A DNA stretch of 55,557 nucleotides from Welwitschia mirabilis (lineage: Eukaryota), in NCBI GenBank assembly GCA_051453625.1, contig JBOZIK010000001.1:46056356-46111912 (forward strand), read 5' to 3'. The position numbers were made by a program, and so were the translations under genes. The notes beneath the pieces were generated by a model. It did not search any database and was not told the DNA's origin. It saw nothing but the letters and a program-made list of their open reading frames with translations. This document shows, in pieces, positions 49,101 through 55,557 of this stretch (its first letter is position 1; each line of letters opens with the position of its first letter).

Positions 49101-50575
49101 ATTCTTTTTATTGAGTATGATGCCTTGGAATATTTAAAAATTTTGAGAAGAATTGATAAGGGTATGCATGCTATGTGGTCCCAATTTCTGGATAAATTTT
49201 ACTTTTACTTTAAAGCATAAGGCAGGTGTGAAGGATAAGTAGCTGATGCAGTAAGTAGACGTGCAGAGTTGCTTGTTACTATAAGTCAGGAAGTTGTGGG
49301 GTTTGATGATATGAAAGATTTGTATGTTACTAATGAAGATTTTCATGAAATATGGGATAACTATGTTAACAAACATGCTAATGGTAACTTTCACATTCAT
49401 GATGGCTACCTTATGAAGGAAAATCAGCTTTATATTCCAAAAACTTCTGTAAGGGAGAAGTTTATTTGTGAATTACATGGATGGAGCCTTGCTAGTCATT
49501 TAGAGCTGGAGAAAACATACACTACTATTTGGAAGAGATACTACTGGCATCATGTGCAAAGAAATGTAATGAACCTTATTCAACAGTGCTATGCATGCCA
49601 AATGACAAAAGGGAAATTTCAAAATACTAGTTTGTATATACCATTGCTGGTTCCTGAAAATATGTAGAAAGACTTGTCTATGGATTTCATGCTTCAATTG
49701 CCCCAAAGGGGTGTGGATTCTCTTTTTATTATTGTGAATAGGTTTTTCAAAATGGCACATTTAATCCCTTTCAAGAAAACTATAGATGCAACTAATATGG
49801 ATAATTATTCTTCAAGGCAAATGTTCACTTATATGGTGTGCCTAAAAACATTACTTCTAATAGGGACAGTAAGTTCCTTAGTATTTCTAGAGGACTTTGT
49901 AGAATATTTTTGACTCCTCATTAAATTTTAGTAGCATTGCTCATTCACATATAGATGGAAAATAGAGACAATCAACTAAACATTGGGTAATCTTATTTTA
50001 AGTAGCTATAGAGATAGGCCCAAATAATGGAATTGTGCATTACCACAAGATAAATTTGCATGTAATAATGCTATTCATAGTTCTTTGGGTAGGTTACCAT
50101 TTTTTACTATCTATACTAAGGCATCACAACATACTGTTGACCTCATCAAATTGCCCAAATTTCTAGGATTTAGTACAGCTACAACAAATTTATCTAATCA
50201 GTGATAGGATGTTTAGGCAAAGGTGAAGTATAAACTAGAGCAGCCTAATGCCAAGTATAAGAAAGCTATAGATTAGTATCATAGGTAATAAGTCTTTAAA
50301 GTTGGCAATCAGGTAATGGTATTCCTAAAAAAGGAGAGATTTCTAGTCAGTACATATAGTAAGTTATAGCTTAAGAAGTATGGTTCTTATCAGATCCTGA
50401 AGAGGATTAATGATAATGCTTATGTTGGGGATCTATCGGATGCTTTATGAATTTTCAAAATGTTTAGTATGATAGATATTTCTCCTTATTACTCTTTAGA
50501 TTATCCTTTATATCTAGATGATCTATTACACTCAAGGGCATATTTTTTTCAAGTGCAGGAGACTGATGTGGAATG
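46170..50575 (+). pseudogene. gag-pol: CRM gag-pol, disrupted
   Basis: Gag LEVDIPYFHSNMNIEYFFDW (ORF 46347); protease AIVNSGSYENII (~47422); [13 protein letters not shown] and YFDDILIYS (~48484); RNase [15 protein letters not shown] (~48918); integrase H..H..CYAC and SMDFML (ORFs 49269, 49674); tail HSRAYFFQVQETDV runs into the 3' LTR. Confidence 0.93.
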
Positions 50576-50851
50576 TACTGCTAGTGGCTTCATGGATCAA
50601 GCCGAGTCCAGTTAAGGAGGATGAAATGATGTAACCCTATGGTTTATTTTTATATTTTACTATTTAGCATATATTATTATTTTCCTATTTCTTCTTTAGC
50701 CCCACATTATTTAGGAATTTTTGTTACAAGGAATTATTTCCTATAAATAAGTGGCTTATATACTGTTTAAGGGAAGAACAAAGACTTGAATTCTTATATT
50801 TGGAGGCTAATTTCCCTTAAAGTAACTATTAAATGCTTTCTTACTATGTCA
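50564..50851 (+). repeat. 3' LTR of the CRM element
   Basis: TGATGTGGAATG...CTATGTCA followed by the TSD TGTAT. Confidence 0.93.
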
Positions 50852-53009
50852 TGTATTAAAGGATTTTTCTTTAAAGTAAATTATTATAATGCATTTAAAG
50901 AGAAGAAATGTAATTATAAAGAAGAAAGATGCAATACTAGAGAGTGGATTTGGATAAAAGATGATTAGTCTACTAATACTTTGCATGATTAGCATAGGCA
51001 AGTTTATTGAATCACATTTGTATGAGAAAGGAAAATTATTATTGAAAATCACAATAATAGATAGAGTATCATTTCCTTAATGAGTTCTCGGTAGGCAAGA
51101 GCATTCTTCACTAGAATCTTAGACTCTGCAAGATCATCACTCATAGAGATAGCCATGGATAAAAATCATAGATCAAATTGCATTTTCAAAATACAAATCC
51201 ATAGAAGAATCCACATCACAAATTAAAAATAATTGAACATACTTTTAAGTAAACTATCTAGTCATTATTTACATAACCCTTGCTTGAGATCTCTTGATGC
51301 ATCATATTTCACTCTTTATACTCACCATGGATTTTCCTTTACATGTAATAGACATAGCTAATAATTTTTTTCAGAAGTACTTATAGTAATAGTAATGTGC
51401 TTGGAATTCTTAGTGTGCTTTAATCATGATTTTATTTCTCACTAGCATTGAATTACTTCTTATGTTTTCTCTCATTCTTAGAATTGGAATCATAGCTATC
51501 CATAGTACTTTTAGGGTTTTAAAGGATTTGTTTGTTAATGATCAAGAATTCAAAACTTCTTTAGGCTTTCTTTCTTTTCTTAGTAACAATGCCAACGCTT
51601 CTTAAAATCCCATTGTTAGCCATGTGTAAGTGGTTTTCATGTTTAATTTTAGTGGCTTTGAGAGTGTTATGTTTAAAATGCAGCATAAGAAATAAATGAC
51701 TTGGTATTCTAAAACACACTTAAGAATATCTATAAATATCTTATGGGCCTTTAAGGTTTGTAGAAGTTAATTCTTTTTATTTTAAAAAGCTATCCTCATA
51801 TGATTGAAGTGTTGATCGAAACCCTCATATTACTCCATGCAAAGATAAGATGATATTATTACAATATATTTTTGATGTAGTAACACATGGCAATGGTCAA
51901 TGCAAGGGAAGCTAAATCAGAGATACGATTTGTAGTGATCAACCACCGAATCAATGAAAAACTCATCAAGACATGACATCTAGCATAAATATATAGTCAA
52001 TCTTACACTTATTACTTTTTACTTTGCATTTTATCATAGTTTCATTTAATATTACAAGGACTCCTATGATTTCCTAAAGTTGGTTATAAGCCTTAGGATA
52101 ATTAAAGTTTGTAGAAAAATCAAATAGAGTACTATTTCTTTCATTTTGTTTTGAAAAATGATATTGTATAAAGGGGGCATCGATATTATTTATTTTAGAT
52201 TTATTATTATAAAAAGATGGCTTAAAATGAAAGAAGACATCTTCTTATTTTGCTGGATTGATCTTATAAATGCGGTAAGTCCACATGTAATTTTGGGTGA
52301 GTCCCATTTATGTCTTTGAATTTGTACCATTTCATGAGTCTCTTTCAATCCTTTGGGTATGAGTTAATTTCCATGTTTTTAAATTATTGATGTATTTTCA
52401 AGGCTGAATTTACCAACTCTTACTAAGCAAAGATGATTAATTTATTAAGTTAGGTTGTGGACTTATTACAACGAATTATCTGTGCAATATTATATAGGAA
52501 TAATGCCATAAAAAGTGGTGTGGAATACTTTTCATGATATTTTTTATATGGTAATTACTAGGGTTTTTCCCTTATTAGATTAATCCCATTTTTCTTTGGA
52601 TGTCCATTCTTAGGGTCTATTCCTTTCTTGAGTATTTCTCTTTTAAATGTTGGATTTGTCCCTTGTGATGGTTAGTTCATATTATCATCATCAGTTCACA
52701 TTATTGTGGCATGGTTAGTTCACTTTGTAATGGTTAGTTTGTACTTGATATTATCAGTTCCACATGGAATGTTATACTAGAGGCATGTTCTAGTACTTTA
52801 TTTGTAATGATAATCTGATTTTTATATTTGTCATCAAAGGTTTTTTTTTGGATATTTCTAAGGATCAAACTCCATAATTAAGTAGTTTTTAAAGTGACTT
52901 CCTAATTTTCCTCTCTTATTATCCAAGCTTCCCCATTTTCATTATTTTTTAAGGGTGTTTAAGATCCTCTACATTAGTGAAAAAAGAATAAATATTATTT
53001 GATATTAAT

Positions 53010-53080
53010 ATTGTAAGTTCTCTAGAATTTTCACGTAGTTCTTAGGCCTCATCATGATTAAGGGATTTTTAGATTCCACA
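53010..53080 (+). repeat. Second copy of the LTR end seen at 45640-45699
   Basis: TAGTTCTTAGGCCTCATCATGATTAAGGGATTTTTAGATTCCACA with no PBS after it; similarity fades ~70 bp upstream. Confidence 0.65.
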
Positions 53081-55269
53081 TGTCTAAAATACTAAAAACC
53101 TTCATGCATCAATGTACTTTACTTACTTAGGTAAGAATCCCATAATCTATAGGTTAAGGGCTCCATTTTCTGAAAGCCTTAGTCTACCCTCATCCACATG
53201 AAATGAATCTCATTTTCAACAACCACATGAAATGAATCTCATTTTTGGCCCTAAGTGGATTACAAGCTTCTAGTAATAGAATATCATCCAATGTGGGCCT
53301 ACTAATATTTAATAGTTCAATCCTAATATCTTCATACTAATGATTGTTTTAATTGTGTTATGGAGTTTCTGCAATGGATGATGATCATATAAGTCATTAT
53401 CCAAACATTTCTCCATATAGAGGGTAGTGCTTGATAGGTTGTATGTTAGTTAGGTCATTCCACTTTCTATAAACAAGGTATTATCTACGGAAAAATGGCC
53501 AAGTAACAATCTCATGTTTTCTACCACCTACATCAATGCTTGACATATACTTTAACATCTTGATGCTATAAGTTAGAGAAATTAGAGAAATCACATAGGT
53601 TTTTATCCACCTTAACTCTGGTTGGTATTTTTCTTTTTTAATTAAAATGCTTTAGTAGTATACTAAGTTTTCATCTATTAGAGAAGGATAAACCTCTATT
53701 ATTAAATGGTCAAATAAGAGGCCTAGCATCCTTTGGGTTCTTTATTGGATCAATAATATTTTATCTTTGAATAAGGACTCCTTTAAAAATTTATTAGAAT
53801 CCTTTATGTCATCACACTTAAAAAATACTTTATAAGGCTTAATAATACCTAGCTAGTTACTAAGCCCTATAAGGACATGGAAGCCTCTTATTTCTTCAAC
53901 CATTAGCTTCCTGTCTTTTAAAGATCTTAACAGGGAAAAGAAGGATGCTCCTTTAAAACCTTGTCATATCTATCATATCCCATATTTTGTAAACCTTATT
54001 TAGTTGAATATTAAGTATATTAATCTTTTAGTCAAATAATTAATTATCCTTATTTAAATTCCTTATCAAAATAAGATGTTATTTTAAATTAATCTTAGTT
54101 TGTAAATTTTATAATTTACTATGAAAATTAAAAAAATTATGTTAGAAGGTTTTACGAGAAAATCTAATCCAAATGTTTAAAATTAGATGATCCCATTATC
54201 CAAAGAAGTAAAATCACATAAATTAAAAACTTCAAAAGGACATAATAATATATTTTTGCATCTTATTTACTCATTTAAAATCTTAATAAATGTTATAGTT
54301 ATGCTGTATTATGAATAAATATTTTCTTTCTTATGTTATGTGATTTGAAATAAATGAGCATTTGAACAAGTTCATGTACTCTCACCTAGAACCAAAAATG
54401 GTAAATAAGTATATTTACTCTACCATGACTTTTATGTTCTTCAAATGTGTAAGGACACTTTGTTCGTAGCATACTCATTGCTTTATTCATTAGAATTAAA
54501 GAGTTTTTCTCATTATTCCACATGATAATTTTGAGATTTGTGCATTTATTCTTTTGATACATGTCTTGGATAAATTAAACTTACTTATGAGCTTATGAAG
54601 GATTAAAAAGAGCTAGCCTAAGGAAATGATGCATGCAATTAACCTTGCTAATTAAGACAAGAAGATTAGTCATCCTAGTTGGGTGTATAAGCCATAACTA
54701 TAATCTCTTTTTATACTCTAATGTCACTTTTTAGTCATTCCACTTATTAATGCTAAATCATGTGATCTTGTAGTCTTGATCTATATGCCTTTGTTTATCT
54801 ATATATAGAGATCCTTTCTTTTCTTGTAAAAAAAAATAATTTCTTTTTATTTTATACAAGTGTATTTCTTTTTTTCTCTCTCTTTCTTTCTTTCTTTTAC
54901 ATTCTTACTTATGGATCTTGGAGCTTGAAAGCTTTAAGCTAAGGAACTCTTGAGCTTGTATCTTCATCAATCTTTAACTATTAAAGTCTTACTAATCTTT
55001 CTAAGTAAGCTTTTTACTTTTATTATCCATATGATCTCTTTTATCTATTGGAATAATGTGATATTAAATTAGATAGCTATTTATGGCTTTTATGTAATTA
55101 TATTATAAAATATTATCCCTTCCATTGGCTTTCATCAAGGCTTTATAGTGAGATATGAGTGGTCTCTTATGCTTGATGATATAGAATTACTAATGGATGA
55201 TTATGACCAAATGATCATGGGGTTTACTATTAATTAAGGAAAAAACAAAGGAATTTATGTATCCATGTT

Positions 55270-55274
<5 letters not shown>

Positions 55275-55306
<32 letters not shown>
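55275..55306. repeat. (TA)16 microsatellite
   Basis: Direct read of an uninterrupted TA run. Confidence 0.97.
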
Positions 55307-55308
<2 letters not shown>

Positions 55309-55557
55309 GCATTAGGACCATCTTATTCAGGGCAAGGTCTAATCCTCAAAGATCTCTTTAGGCTAGTACTCTTTCATGGAAATCCCAAGGCTCATAATAG
55401 ATTATTATTTTTGAATTAACTTGATTTTTCTTTTTACATTAATTTTTCTTTCTACAAGTAATTAGTTAGTGTATCTATTATTTTATTAATCTAAGTTATT
55501 ATTTAACTAGTTGTAAAAACTTTATCAAATTTTTGTTATGGCGAAAATTAAATTTCC

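Larger units (their letters stand above)
45720..50851 (+). mobile_element. Structurally complete CRM-clade chromovirus (Ty3/gypsy), coding-decayed
   Basis: LTRs 45720-46008 and 50564-50851; perfect TSD TGTAT (45715-45719, 50852-50856); PBS TAGTATTAGAGT (46012-46023); PPT AAGTGCAGGAGAC (50551-50563). Confidence 0.93.

Noticed and set aside
47800..49760. Minus-strand ORFs 47800, 49134 and 49500
   Set aside because: Antisense shadows of the CRM pol frame.

Overview
AT-rich, CpG-poor plant nuclear DNA from a gapped draft assembly. It is almost entirely a nest of old, decayed LTR retrotransposons, and I found no intact host gene, RNA gene or CRISPR array. Left to right: (1) a minus-strand Ty1/copia Sirevirus (gag-pol plus env-like ORF, 1097-10594) hit twice by LTRs of a second Sirevirus family; (2) several Athila-like Ty3/gypsy remnants (10.6-21.2 kb); (3) a ~15 kb non-chromovirus gypsy with an atypical PBS, an RT lacking the usual Athila insert and a candidate antisense ORF (21.6-36.6 kb); (4) a Tat/Ogre-like gag-protease remnant; (5) a 1.8 kb LTR mini-element; (6) a decayed minus-strand frame resembling a caulimovirid capsid (43.2-45.4 kb); (7) a structurally complete CRM-clade chromovirus with a perfect TGTAT target-site duplication (45720-50851). 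All calls come from manual translation and by-eye alignment. Identity values are estimates and lineage names need HMM or phylogenetic confirmation. I see no firm evidence of a new biological system; the best leads are the atypical gypsy lineage, the caulimovirid-like remnant and the recurrent CA>TA decay.
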